Below are positions 12,858 to 26,569 of a stretch of DNA of 64,000 nucleotides, in pieces (position 1 is the stretch's first letter; the number at the start of each line of letters is the position of its first letter). The notes below the pieces were generated by a model. It saw only the letters and a program-made list of their open reading frames with translations, ran no database searches and was not told the DNA's origin. Made by a program: the position numbers and the translations under genes. Source of the stretch: Massalongia carnosa (lineage: Eukaryota); the NCBI GenBank assembly GCA_965645245.1, contig OZ287077.1:434001-498000 (forward strand), written 5' to 3'.

Positions 12858-15221
12858 ATGCCCAATGAAGGAACTATAGGTAAGCATTTCTGACACGGGA
12901 TTAAATGAAAGATGATGTCAATCTCCATTTCTTTTTACGCCACAGGCTCTCTTGTCAGAGCTAATGACCTCCGCATGACGATACTCATAGATCATCGGAG
13001 CTCACAGAGATACTATCATTTACATAAACATGAAATATCATCTAAGCCATGCTATATATTCTTCTTCCTTCCCCTTTCCGACGAAATGCCAAGCCTGCAA
13101 TCATCTTTGCATCTGGCTTATGAAGTCATGCTCACATCATATTTCACGTTCTTCTCAACTGTCGGCAAGATCGGGAGACTTCAACTATCGCCCCGCTTGC
13201 CACCACACGTTCCTTGTCGCCTTCACTTTCCACAGAAATTACTTTTTCCTCCTTCTAAAATTATTCCCTATCAAGGCTCATCCCCAAGCAAGAAAGCCGG
13301 AGGTTGGGGAACGAGAGCAGCGGAGGGGCATTCGATAAGATGTTGAACTACACTATACATGGAGCGACTAGGAACTAAAGTTCAAGACAAAGGAAAGAGA
13401 GAAAGGAGAAAGAATGAAGGAAAATGGTACCTAAGGGAGTGAGCACCGGCTGGGATGTTTCGCCCTCTGCACCAGAGCTCCGTCACAGAACATGCGATGG
13501 TGAACGGTCATCAGCATCATCAGCATCTTCTCCCTCCCTCCCTCCCTCCCTCCCTATTCCTACGCCAGCCTATTCGAGTTAACCCTCGGATCAGAAAACC
13601 GCGATTTCGCACGCACAAAAAATCCATCCTCATCCGAAACAGGCAGAGACTTCCACATATTACGTGCATGTACGCCTTTCCCTACCTAGAGATCTAGAAA
13701 TCGCGAAGCTGGGGGAACGGATTAATACATGATTCGGATGGCGATCAAATAAGCAAAGATCCCGATCGGCCCCCTTTGACGTTTCGAGCGCACAGCCCCC
13801 CATTTGATCGGTTCCCATACCTAATACCCAAGCTCTAAATAACGTCAGAGCGCCAGATGTCTGGAACGCACAGGCCGTCGGTACGAATGTGCTGCCGATC
13901 TGTCCGGAGAAGAAGAAAGGCGCTGGGAAGGTGTCTTATTGTACTTCGTACGTCGCAAATAATTAGCCAGCTGCAAGCAGATCCAGATCAGTACGTCTCC
14001 CGCCAACAGTTCGGGGCGAACTTCCGAAAAATATCCCGTTTCGTGCATTCCCTTTTTTCCCCGGAGTCGCAAATCGAATCGAGGCAAGGCTGTGGTGGAC
14101 AGGCTCTCGCGAGTCGCGACGTCCGTGAGTGACGGTGTGTTGTTTCGCGGAAGGGGGAATGGGGGTGGGAGAGTTTCATCATGGTACGTCCGGGGCAGAC
14201 AGAGAACCGTGGCTGTGGCTGTGGGATATTATAGGTAGGTAGGTATGTAGCCAGAAGCTGGGGAGGAAGAAGCAATGCCTACTTTATACGGAGTATATAG
14301 GCAAGTCCCTATGCTATTCAATCTAGGTATTTCATCAGGCCAGAGCAGAGCCAATCAAATCAGATCGGCATCTAAACCTAAATCTCAAAGTCCCATATCT
14401 AGGCTCACCTACCAGCAACTCCTCCCTAGGAAAACAGATAGCCTAACACAGCCTAGCCTAGCTCTCTCTCACTCACACACACACCACACACAGAGAGCCA
14501 TGATTCTTATAATTTCGCTCCCGTCCCCCTCCCCCCTCATCATCTTTCCCATCGTTCCATCTAATTTTCCCTCCTCCTCCCTTCCCTTCTCATAATCCGC
14601 CCGTCGTCCGTGCTCTCTCTTTCTTTCAGACTTCCACGCCGAAGTGAAAAGAAAGAAAAGAGAGAAAACGACGAAAATGACGGAGAAAAAAAGGCGCATC
14701 AAGGACATCCAATATTGACAGACAAGGCGAGGATTCAGAGCAGAACAGTGTCACAGGATAATATGGGCATCCCATCATAGCGGTATACGGGGAGCCTGAG
14801 TGAGAGGCTTATAGGTGACAACTATACAAAGCTGGTAGATAGCCTATACATAGATCACTGACGTGATTAAAAAAAATCTAAGCTAGCAAACACATATATA
14901 AAATTTCATGAACAGTTATGAACAGGACGATGAATAGGTAAACTAATAGGTAGATAGATTGAAAAAGAGGGAATATATAAGAAAAAACAGAAAATGTGCA
15001 AGGTACGTACGCAGACGGAGGGGAAAGCAGAGTTCGGGTTTTCTAAATGGGAATCGGGGTTTGATGGAGATAGATGGGAGTAAAATTACTTTGGGGGGGA
15101 AAGAGAAGGGAAAAGGAAAAGGATTATGGAAAAGGAACGGAAAGTGGAAATAGCAAGAATAGTTGGTGAATGCATGTGCATTCCATCCAAAATCAAGTTT
15201 TCCCAAAAAAACTGACATCGT

Positions 15222-15222
<1 letters not shown>

Positions 15223-15251
<29 letters not shown>
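15223..15251. repeat. (TCA)n microsatellite
   Basis: About 9-10 tandem TCA units. Confidence 0.9.
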
Positions 15252-15252
<1 letters not shown>

Positions 15253-15418
15253 ACCTACGAAACCCCTACCTCCCTCATCATCCCCCTTACCCTTTCGGCA
15301 TCCTTCAACATCCTCTATTTCGAGCTCCGACTCCATTTCTCGCCCGTCTCAACCTCCTCACACCACCCTTCCAGCAAATCCAATCCTCCCACATCCCTTC
15401 CTAGCCCCGGAGCCCATG

Positions 15419-16168
15419 TCACCGGATTAACTTCCAACCCATAATCCTGGGATTGGCACCGGATTTGATAAGTACACCGGTGGTTTCTTTCATCGTTGAT
15501 TCATACTCGTTCCTGTGCAGAAGCATCCGCTTGTACAAGCTATCGGCGTAGACGGCGTAGTAAAGCTGCGTAACTTTGACAACTCCAGACGGCTCCTGCA
15601 TATACCCCCCAAACATCCACAAAGCCATTGAATAAAGAGTCGATGCAGCGTTGCGTAAACTAAAGATATTATTGCAATTTAATTCTCCATCTCCAGTCCT
15701 ATCTAAGAATAGATGAAGCATAGCAGCCTCATGGCTTGCACTGGCCCAACAAATTGGAGTGGGCCGGTCCATTCCCATGGCTACAGCGTCAGGGCCACCG
15801 TTTGCGAAAGGGTCGGCTGGTGTCTCAAGATTCAGAAGAGCTCTGACGGCTACGATATGGTTTCTTGCAGTAGCGCGGTGTAAAGGTGTTCCTGAGATAA
15901 GAGCATTTTCAAAGTGATCAAAGCAAACTGTGTTTTCCCCTGCAATAGCATTAACATCTGCCCCAGCCATCTCTAACCTTCGGGATATTTCGAAGCACTC
16001 TTTTGGTTGAGTGAAATAATGAAGCCAGTGGAACGCGTTCTCGTTGGATCTGGTAGAAATCAAGGCGTCAGCACCATGTTCGAGAAGATAGGTTGCGGTC
16101 TGAAACTGCCCTGAACGGCAGACAGCTAGCAACGGTGTTTCGTTGGCAGTATTGACAGAATTGACCAA
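15419..16168 (-). pseudogene. Ankyrin-repeat protein fragment
   Basis: ETPLLAVCRSGQFQTATYLLEHGAD, ENAFHWL, GTPLHRATARNHIVAVRALL, PTPICWASASH. No ATG start, begins mid-repeat and runs into low-complexity DNA. Confidence 0.75.
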
Positions 16169-16221
16169 ATCAAGGTTTTACAAACAAAATTATTTACGCT
16201 CCAAAGGTCATAGAAGTCATC

Positions 16222-17960
16222 ATGGTAGATATCGCTGGGGTCATACTGGGGATACTTGCTCTTTACACTCTTTGCATCTTCCTATTTCAGCAAGTAATAG
16301 CTGAATTGGGGTCAACAAGGCTGCAACATATGGAATAATGCTCCAGTAGCAGTCTTCGCGCTTCAAGATCTAGGGCGAGACATGGGGAGTCGACGAAGAG
16401 GATTTTCTTGAAAAGAAGCTGACAGCATGGGGATCCGAATAGACGGTAGTTAGAGACATGATCTGGCGCACCCTCAACCGTATTGCAGAGCTTTTCGCCC
16501 AAGCATTTGGATTTGCAGAGGAATATAAGTCAGAGATACTATCGCACATGCAGAAGCTGCAGAACTCGAAAGCATCACTGAGAGAAATTCCAGCATACTT
16601 AAGCTCAATCTTCTACAAGTTCAGATAGTCGATCGGGGACAAGTTGAGGTTCCAAGAGATGGTCCAGGATCTGACAGACCTGAATAACGGCCTGGAAAGT
16701 CTTCTGCCGTCGGCTGCCAATCCTCGATCATTCCAATATCAGATGGCCGCCTGGTATTCAAGCGGCAACTATTCTTCTAACTATGTGGAGAGTTCAGGAC
16801 ATGACGATGATTTTATGTCGCTCATCTCACACCACCGACAGCTTGCACAGCAGTTGGAGAAGTTAGCCGAATCTACCATTGCTCAGCGAGGACTTCCTGG
16901 GGACTCTCTAGAGCCTATCCTAAGCGGCCTGAAGCATTCTGATCAACAGCATCGTAACCTCACTTTCCCATCGAATCCTGCTTCGCTTTCTTTTTAAAAT
17001 TTATCCGAATAGGATCACGAATATTCAAGACGAATCGACCGATGACAATCGTGCATTTGCAGTCAAGGATCAGGCATCGGTGGTCGTTGAGCACAAACCT
17101 TTTTCAACGGAGATTAGGGAATCCATCAAGTACCGCGTCCAGGCACTGGCGATTCGAATGGCTCAGTCATTCAAACCAGATGCTTTTTCGTTTTTGACCT
17201 GCTCGGCCTATTACCTCGGTTCTTCGCCTGAGTTTCTGCGTTATGCATTAATATATGAATATCCCAAGGGAGCAGATTTGAGTCGAAAGCCTGTCAGCCT
17301 TTTCACAGTATTGTCAGGCTCGACGAAGATATTCCCTCTTCCATCAGTCGAGCAACGCTATAAGCTCGCCCAGACCTTGGCCCTAAGTAGTCTATCTCTT
17401 ATTCTAATCGAATATGTTCACAAAGGGCTACGGCCACAAAAGGTCCTCTTGCTCCACACACAGTCAGCTAAAGGAAAGTCTTCAAGGCTCTAGGTTGAGC
17501 AGCCTTACGTTGTTGGCTTTGATTACTCCCGTCCAAATCCTTCCGACGGCCCTTGGGAGATTTCAAACGAAGCAGACAATCCACCTCTTAGCCACCTGCT
17601 ATATCGACATCCAGACACTTGCTTGCCGTATGTATTTTCCTTAGCTAGAGCAGCTACGGTTCCCCGCGGATCCAAGCCGCCTTTCAAATATTATTATAGT
17701 ATATACGCTTTAGGGCTGATACTTTTGGAAGTCGGCTTTTGGAGGCCAATTTCCAAAATGCATCGAATGCTTGGTAAGCACTGGGACAGTGCAGAGTTTT
17801 GCAGACTTGAAGAGACGATAACAGGAATTTTGTTGAAAAACGAAGTTGCTCATCGCATGGGTCAGGATGCGGTCTCGGAATGTCTCTAAAGACCTCCTGA
17901 GTCAATTTAGCGAGTCGGGATGTCGCTCCTCTTAGCCGATATTCAGGGATGTTTACCTAA
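16222..17960 (+). pseudogene. HeLo-like (prion-inhibition) N-terminus plus kinase-like domain protein, multiply disrupted
   Basis: MVDIAGVILGILALY N-terminal helix; Q*QSSRFKI*GETWGV (HeLo-like RF..WGE.WG); C-terminal PSVEQRYKLAQTLA...HKGLRPQKVLL...PYVVGFDYSRP...LYRHPD...IYALGLILLEVGFWRPI. Stops and frameshifts throughout. Confidence 0.75.
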
Positions 17961-18736
17961 GAATTTAATGAAATAGAGTGGTTTTAGTAGGCAAAGCAGC
18001 CTTCAGCTTGATCAATGAATTGCTGAAGGCTTAATCATTAATGAGCTTGATAGAAGTGGCGTCTTTGACTGTTTCGCCTTGATTAATGTGCCGATGTTCC
18101 GGATTGAAGACCTAAAACACCGACCCAACTGAAGAAAAAGGGTAGAATGTTTATTTCGAATCTGTATCTTTTATTTCCATCCGTGCCATTATATTATCAT
18201 CTCAGTCTTCTCTGAGTAACACGGGTCCTGCACTTCCGCGACCGTCTTCAAGCTAGATATTCCATTTTTCCAGAGCCCCAAACCCACGGGCCTAGCCTTG
18301 AGAGCACGGTTCCTTTTTCCCACGCGCTAGAAGCTTGTACCGTCAAGCAAAAGGAGGAGAGGGGAAGCGTAAGGTGAGAGTTGGGGAAGCGTGGCACGGG
18401 GGGCCGAGAAACGATTCATGTCGAGAACGGAGAGTGAACGGACTGTCGAGTTGGTTCGGACAAGACAGGATGTAACATCTCGCTCGCTCGCTCGAGCGAC
18501 AATGGTGTTATCTACCTATGACTCTATAGTGCTCCAAAAATTCATGGAATTCTTCAATACCTTTATGTTTTATCAAGGGATCCATTTGAAGTTCGACCCT
18601 AAAATCCTAAAGTAGACAGGTGCTAGGCCAAGAGAGGCCTCTAACCTGTTGCACGTAGGTTTTTCCTCCTTCCATATAACTAGCGCCATAAACACCCTAA
18701 ATACAGCAAAGGTAACCTCAACTATGGAGATTTCCC

Positions 18737-20015
<1,279 letters not shown>

Positions 20016-21042
20016 GCTGTCAGGTGATGGTGATAGAGAAGATTCTTTGCGTTTGTGTGTATGTGCGTATGTGGATTTTAGCTTCGTGGTGGATGTACGT
20101 ATTTGATGTTGAGCGAACCGCTCAAGGGGAAGACTAGAAGATATAGGCAAGATCTCGGAAAGTAATACTAGATCAATGTGCTTCACTGTTACATACAAAG
20201 CATGTAATATAACTCTGTGATTGAGGGAAATTCGACTATGGGCGGTCTGATGGGGGGATTCAGACACCTTCAAATGTATAGTTATGCATCACCACCGGCC
20301 CCCGACGTTAGGCCCCAAGACAGACCACATCGGTGATGGTCAATGAAGACTCAAGCTAATAAGCTATTATTACCCACAACGAGCCTTGAGTCCGGCTAGG
20401 GATTGGTTAGCACCCTTCAGTGCGCAGAGTGCAGCCCGGACCAACATGTACCCCAATCCCGGTTCATGAATCTCATAACGAGAGTCTCCGAAGTCGGTGA
20501 GAACAAAGAGGAACATATTCTTATTTCATACCTGCAAATCCCTGAACGATCAGGTGACTTTTGCATATTAGCTCAATCATCGAAAAAGGGTCCAGCCAGC
20601 CACTCTGAAGCATTAGTTGCCTTTGCGTGCTCGGGCACCGGTGAGTGGAAGTACAAGGGTATATGAATTCCAACAGTAAGTTATCCCTAGCGTACTTGAG
20701 TGGCGTTCGTCCGAGACATCGAAATCCCCTACGGCTAGTCCCGAAATGTGTCGTGCAGTCCCTTTGCCCCCAGCTTTCATTTCTTCTGGAATCTTCCTGC
20801 AGTCGTCTCATCGAACCGTCTGCGTCTCATGTTCTGCAGCGCTACACAACGTTCTGCTTATGATCCACTTGCTCTGCTTTCCTCATTTCCCTGTTTTTTG
20901 ATCTAACCTAATGATTTTCCCAGCCTTGTCTCGCTTTCAATCTGTTTACTACTTTTCCGTGCCGCGAAATACGTCTTTGCAAATACCCCAAATCCAGGTT
21001 CACTGCTTTTTCTAAGTTTAAGATCTATCGGCTGCCAAGGTC

Positions 21043-21947
21043 ATGTTTGCTTCGAGGAAACGGGTTAGAGGGCAGGATGACGAGGAGCAGCCAGCTGCAC
21101 ATGACTATAAGGTGAGGCCTCACTGTGGGCATACCAATGATCCAGCGTTGACAGCTAATAGAAACCTCGAATTCTTCCTTTCCGCACCTCACCAACCGTA
21201 AAGCACACCCGGCTCTCCTCTCAATCGCCGCGCTCGTTCCCAAAGCCTCTTCTCACCCCTACAACCACTCCTGTAGAATCGTCCGATGATGAAGAAGACC
21301 ACTCATGTTATCCCTCCTCGGCTCTGCAGCTCACGGAAACTTCGTCTCAACTCGCAATGAACTCATTGGTAACCTTTCATGATGATGCCGACTTGGATCT
21401 AGATATGATGGACTCTCAATCCCCTAGCTGTTCACCTCGATGGAACAACATGCTTGCTGAGCCGTCAACCCCTCCTCGACCGTCCCAGCTTCTACTATTA
21501 CCAATATCTACGACGCGAGACACCCAAAGCATGAACAATGGTGGAAGGATTCCCACACCGCGATGGGGTCATTTCCGTTCCATTGACATGAACATCGACA
21601 TGTGTGACGCTCCTGAAATGAGACCTAGCCAGCTTGAAGCCGATCATAGCTTATTCCTCCGCCGACGACGCCTCCCAAGTCCCATCAGCGAAGACGAAAA
21701 CGTGGTGTCATCAACAGGGATGACGGAGGAAATGATGTATCGGCTGGAAATGCGAAGCACAAGGTCCGAACGTGAACCATTCGTTGGGCAGTTTCAAAGG
21801 GGCAAGATTTGGGCACCAGTGGCAGTGGGTCCGGGCGCCGTGGGAGCCAAAGCCGGCAAGACGATGCTGTCAATGGGGTATCGCTCTGATTGCGAAAAGT
21901 GCCAAAGGAGAGTTCCGGGGCATTATAATCATGTGGTTCGGGCCTGA
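21043..21947 (+). CDS. Conserved hypothetical protein with C-terminal CxxC...HxxH motif, 2 exons
   Basis: ATG 21043, intron 21112-21161 (GTGAGG...GCTAATAG) joins in frame to ORF 21357-21947; motifs GRIPTPRWGHF, RRLPSPISEDE, MGYRSDCEKCQRRVPGHYNH. Confidence 0.8.
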
Positions 21948-23821
21948 TGGACGAGGTGCAATAGATAAGAGGCTTGGGAGGGGAGTTTGGTTGTTTATAC
22001 CTTTCACGGCCACTGAGGAAGAACGCTGTATGAGTGCATTAATGTTTGTATATACTGCTTTGCCCATCAAAAGCAAGGATGTATAAGGAGGGTGTGGTGT
22101 CGATTTTGCTTTCCAAATTGCTTTCTATCGCTGTCTTCCACCAAACGTTTCGTCAGCCTTTCATAGGTATCTATCTACTATCCTGAAAATCCACCTTTCC
22201 AAACCCCATTCGCCCTCTCAACCAAACCGTTTTCCGTACAACGTAAGTACCTCAATCCGCGCTTCTGCAGCACCCTGCATCACCCCTCCCTAAATCCAAT
22301 ACCTGAAACAAGACCCCCTCTTTAGGTACCGAACCAGTTACATGGTTAGCTCCCCGAGCTCGTTCAGAACCGACCGAGCTTTTTAGGGAGGGAGGAAACT
22401 CAATTTAGATACAGTATAGATATCTAGGTAGGGAGCGAGGTACCTATTGTAGAGTGTCGGTAAGTAGCTGTGTACCAAAAGAGGACCGACGACGGCGAGA
22501 CGGAGAAAGGGAGGGTTTGTTTGATCGCCATTCATCCATTCATCCACCAATCTAGCCATCCAACCATCTAAATAATTCATGGACTCTGTAGGTGATTAGA
22601 TTGTTGTGGGTAGCTTACGTAGTTCCCAGCGAAACCAGATATGGGCATGGTATAGGCAGTTATCTAGCTAGGTATACTCCATACGGAGTATCTCTTTAAA
22701 GGAGGTAATTGATTAAGTGATAAAAACCAGCACCCTACCTAAATCCAAATGGACGACGCGTTGCGTGTGTGCACGAATTTGCTGACACAGCTCTACATAA
22801 CCTGAGTTTCTCCTTCCTTCCCATTTTCTATTCTACCGGCTTAGGGGGGAGGGGGTTCCACTCAATAACTAACTACCTGCTGACGGAAATGAGAAAAGGA
22901 GTCGGACATATCCGTAGTTACGGAGTAAGGAGACATGATTGATTACGGAAAGTGATCATATAAGATACAAGCTTAACATGAGACTGATACGAAAATATTA
23001 CCCACTAACTACTATCTCTGTATTATTACGTTAGCTTAGCCGTTAAGTTACAAAAAGGTTTCAATTCCCTTTCAATCACGAAAACGATATCGGCCCAAGA
23101 GAATCCCATTGGGTTTTTATTGGACAGGATTACATATCATAGAAAAATATCTGATAAAAAAATACGATTGTTATTCACTTCACCTTGAAGACAGCACATT
23201 GAGGCATGAAATACGGTTGCCAAACAGGCCTCAGCTAGTGCCAAAGCTGTTTGGTAGTACACTCCAGCTGCATGACGCTGTTTGTAAGATTCTGTACTGA
23301 GTACAGCAAACTTGGACTTACGAGGTCAAACATTACGTTCCTATACTGGGCCATAGTTAAAGATAATAGCATTTGGGTTGCAAGGTGGTAATCATTATCT
23401 TGTCACACGTTGCATTGCACAGAAGCATTAAACCGTTACAGGCAAAAGGAAAAGACATGTATCGATACCTCAAACCCCTACTGGCTTTGAGAGCCCAAGA
23501 TGGACTTTGATTGAAGCTTCTCGAACATGTCGATACAAGTTTTGTTTAGTCTTTCTCACTCGTTTTTTTCTTTATAGGTGTCTCTTCACGTTTCTGAAAG
23601 ACCCACGTAACGGTCACTTGAGAGAGATTGGTGTTGTTGTTCTAGTGTGTGGTCGTTGTTGTTGCGTTGTAAGCGCTTTGCATTCAGGCGTAAGGGGTAG
23701 GGTACACCTTACCTTATCTGAGCTTACTTATTATCAACTTTATTCGACGGTCAAAGCACGAAGAAGATACACTTCTGGTTCAAGCCCTTTTTTAACTGGA
23801 CTTTCGTCTATCGTGGAATCG

Positions 23822-25477
23822 ATGGCTGCAAACCCAGAACCCATAATAGCAGAAAAGCCGCCTCCTGCTAACAGTTCTCACGGCGTCGAAGAAAATAGCC
23901 AGGCACCTCGCTCGACGAGACGGATGTATAAAACGTACAACATCGGCCCTATCCATATCCCCGGTTATGCCACCCCTCCGTTCCAGCTGGCGATTGTCGC
24001 CTTGGTCTGTTTCATGTGCCCGGGCATGTTCAACGCTGTGAATGGGCTTGGTGGAGGTGGTCAGTTTAGCGCAAAAGTCTCGGACAACTCAAACGTTGCG
24101 TTATATTCGACTTTTAGCGTCGTTGGTTTCTTTGCAGGGAGCTTTGCAAACCGCATGGGCATCAAGTTGACCTTAAGTTTCGGAGGCCTGGGGTATTTCC
24201 TTTACATTGCAAGCTACCTAAGTTACAACCATAATCGAAACGCTGGCTTTGTCTACTTCGCTGGAGCCTTTTTGGGAGCGTGTGCTGGTCTCTTGTGGAC
24301 GGCACAAGGTGCCATCATGATGTCTTACCCAGAAGAAGGTTCCAAAGGTCGGTACATCTCATGGTTCTGGATGATTTTCAACCTTGGCGGTGTTTTGGGA
24401 AGCTTGTAAGTAACCTTGTCCAATCGAAAGCGCTGCCGTCTCCTAACTTGGCTTGGAATCCCGCTTGGTCAAAATCTGCACTCAAAGGCTGGCGGTGTGA
24501 ACGACGGCACATATATCGGGTTCATGGTCTTGACCTTCATTGGCCTATGTTTGGCATGGTGTCTAGTAGATGCGCGTTACGTTCAACGTGCTGATGGTTC
24601 CCGCGTGGTTCTCATGAAGCATCCATCCTGGCGAAGCGAGTTCCTAGGTCTATGGGAGGTGCTTCGGACCGACACCTACATCCTCTTACTCTTTCCCATG
24701 TTCTTTGCGAGTAACTGGTTCTATACGTACCACTTCAGCGCTGTTAATCTGACAAAATTCAACGTCCGAACCCGTGCCCTTAATGGCACGCTTTACTGGA
24801 CAAGCCAGATTATCGCGGCCTTGATCTTTGGAAACGCACTGGACATCAAAAGTGTCCGGAGAAGTACCAAGGCACGAGCTGCTTTAGGGGTATTGTTCGT
24901 CCTCACGATGGCTATTTGGGGAGGGGGATATGCTTGGCAGAAGCAATACACTCGAGCGGAAACGTCTGCAAAGGACTATATCAAGTTAGACTGGACGTCG
25001 AGTGGTTACGTTGGTCCTATGTTCCTCTACATGTTCTATGGCTTCTTTGATGGTTAGTTTGCTGTGAAGCCCATCTTGTTGTTACGGTTGCTGACATGAA
25101 CTTTCTCCAGCGTCATGGCAAATCTGTGTTTATTGGTTGGTTTTGGATCCTCTTGCATTTTAGCCCTGACTAATAGGTTTCGTAGGTTCATGGGAGCGCT
25201 GACCAACAACGGTCGCAAGCTCGCCAACTTTGCCGGATTCTACAAAGGGATACAATCCGCCGGTGGGGCAATTGCCTTTCGAATCGATGCGCTAGGTGTA
25301 CCTTTTATGGACGAGTTCGCATCGAATTGGGGGCTCTTGGCAGGATCGCTATTGCTTGCCGCGCCATTGATCGTCTTCAAGCTTAGGGATACAATACCAT
25401 TGGATGAGGATTTGAAATTCTCCGACGAGACATTGGAGGATGTGCAACCCACATCGGAAGGACATGAGAAGTTGTAG
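23822..25477 (+). CDS. ngt1: UNC93-like/DUF895 MFS transporter, probable GlcNAc transporter (Ngt1/NOPE1 family), 4 exons
   Basis: VCFMCPGMFNAVNGLGGGG, GLLWTAQGAIMMSYPEE, LLFPMFFASNWFYTY, AGFYKGIQSAG; located in a GlcNAc cluster. Intron 1 (24406-24456) lacks a canonical in-frame AG. Confidence 0.8.
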
Positions 25478-26569
25478 AGATGGGAGAAACCGACTTGCTC
25501 GGAGTGTATGGTTTCTTTTGTTAGAGTCACAACGCTTTGGCTTGTCAATCAGAAGCTATGTTACCTGTTCCAAGCTAGGGCAAAACTTGCTTTCTCGGAT
25601 TGCTATGGTTACCTTAGAGATTGCTGCTAGAGACAGGAGGCTTTGGTTTATCACTGAGAACCTATCCTGTGTATTTGCTGTGCGGATGATCATTTAGTTT
25701 TGCTTCCTCTTCTCAATGTAATCTCTAATAAAGGTATCATACGCGAGTCAACATGCTATAGGATGTTCCATTATGAACTTGATGCTGATATGTAGGGAAG
25801 TAGAGTACAAGTTGAAATCCATCTAACACTGGGAGACTCGGCTGCAGCCTACAGCAGCGGAGAAAGCATCTCAGCAAATCACCTTTGTCTTTTATTTACA
25901 TATATACTTCTTTTCCTTCAGTCACGTCCGACACTTCCTCCATATTGGCTGCCGTGCTACCTTACCACCTTACCACCTTGCCATCTAACGTAATGAAGTT
26001 ACCATTAGCCATCCAATGAGTCCACCCCTTTCCTGCAGCGCCCTAATACCTCACCCGTTCGGTTGCTTGTTCATTCACCATGCTTTATTCACATATGGAT
26101 TCACCAATCTTACACGCCTGAAGCCTCCCGTCAACGCCATGCGCCTATCCTAATTCATGCGAGGCCATGCGAGGCCCTCCGACTCTGGTCCATGGCGTTT
26201 AGAACAAATTGCCGCTGTTACCTTCCCGCCACTACGACTCCAATCCGCTCGATGTCACCTCAAAATCCAACACAACAAACCCCATCGTATCAGTGCTTGT
26301 AGCATCGGTGGGGATCCCGGGAATTTTTGGCAACATCACAAAAATCGATGGAAACTCGCGTTAGTCCTTGCGGCCCAGTTTCATGATTAAAAAGTGCCTG
26401 CGTCGCACTCGAAATACGGACTGAGTCGTACAGTCGCTGAGTTTGTTGCCAGCCAGCGCTGAAGTATCCCATGAACTGATTGGACTACCAGTTATCTTTC
26501 TATAAGAGCTGACCCGTGATTTTTTGGAGTTCGGAAGTTCATCTTCAGCCCGGCCACCCAGTTTCCGAC

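Noticed and set aside
23100..23480. Possible remnant of dac1 or dam1 upstream of ngt1
   Set aside because: My partial manual translation and the ORF track gave no recognisable deacetylase or deaminase motif; a sensitive search is needed.
23507..23821. N-terminal extension of the transporter ORF from a TTG start
   Set aside because: Looks like open 5'UTR; ATG 23822 gives a normal-length family member.
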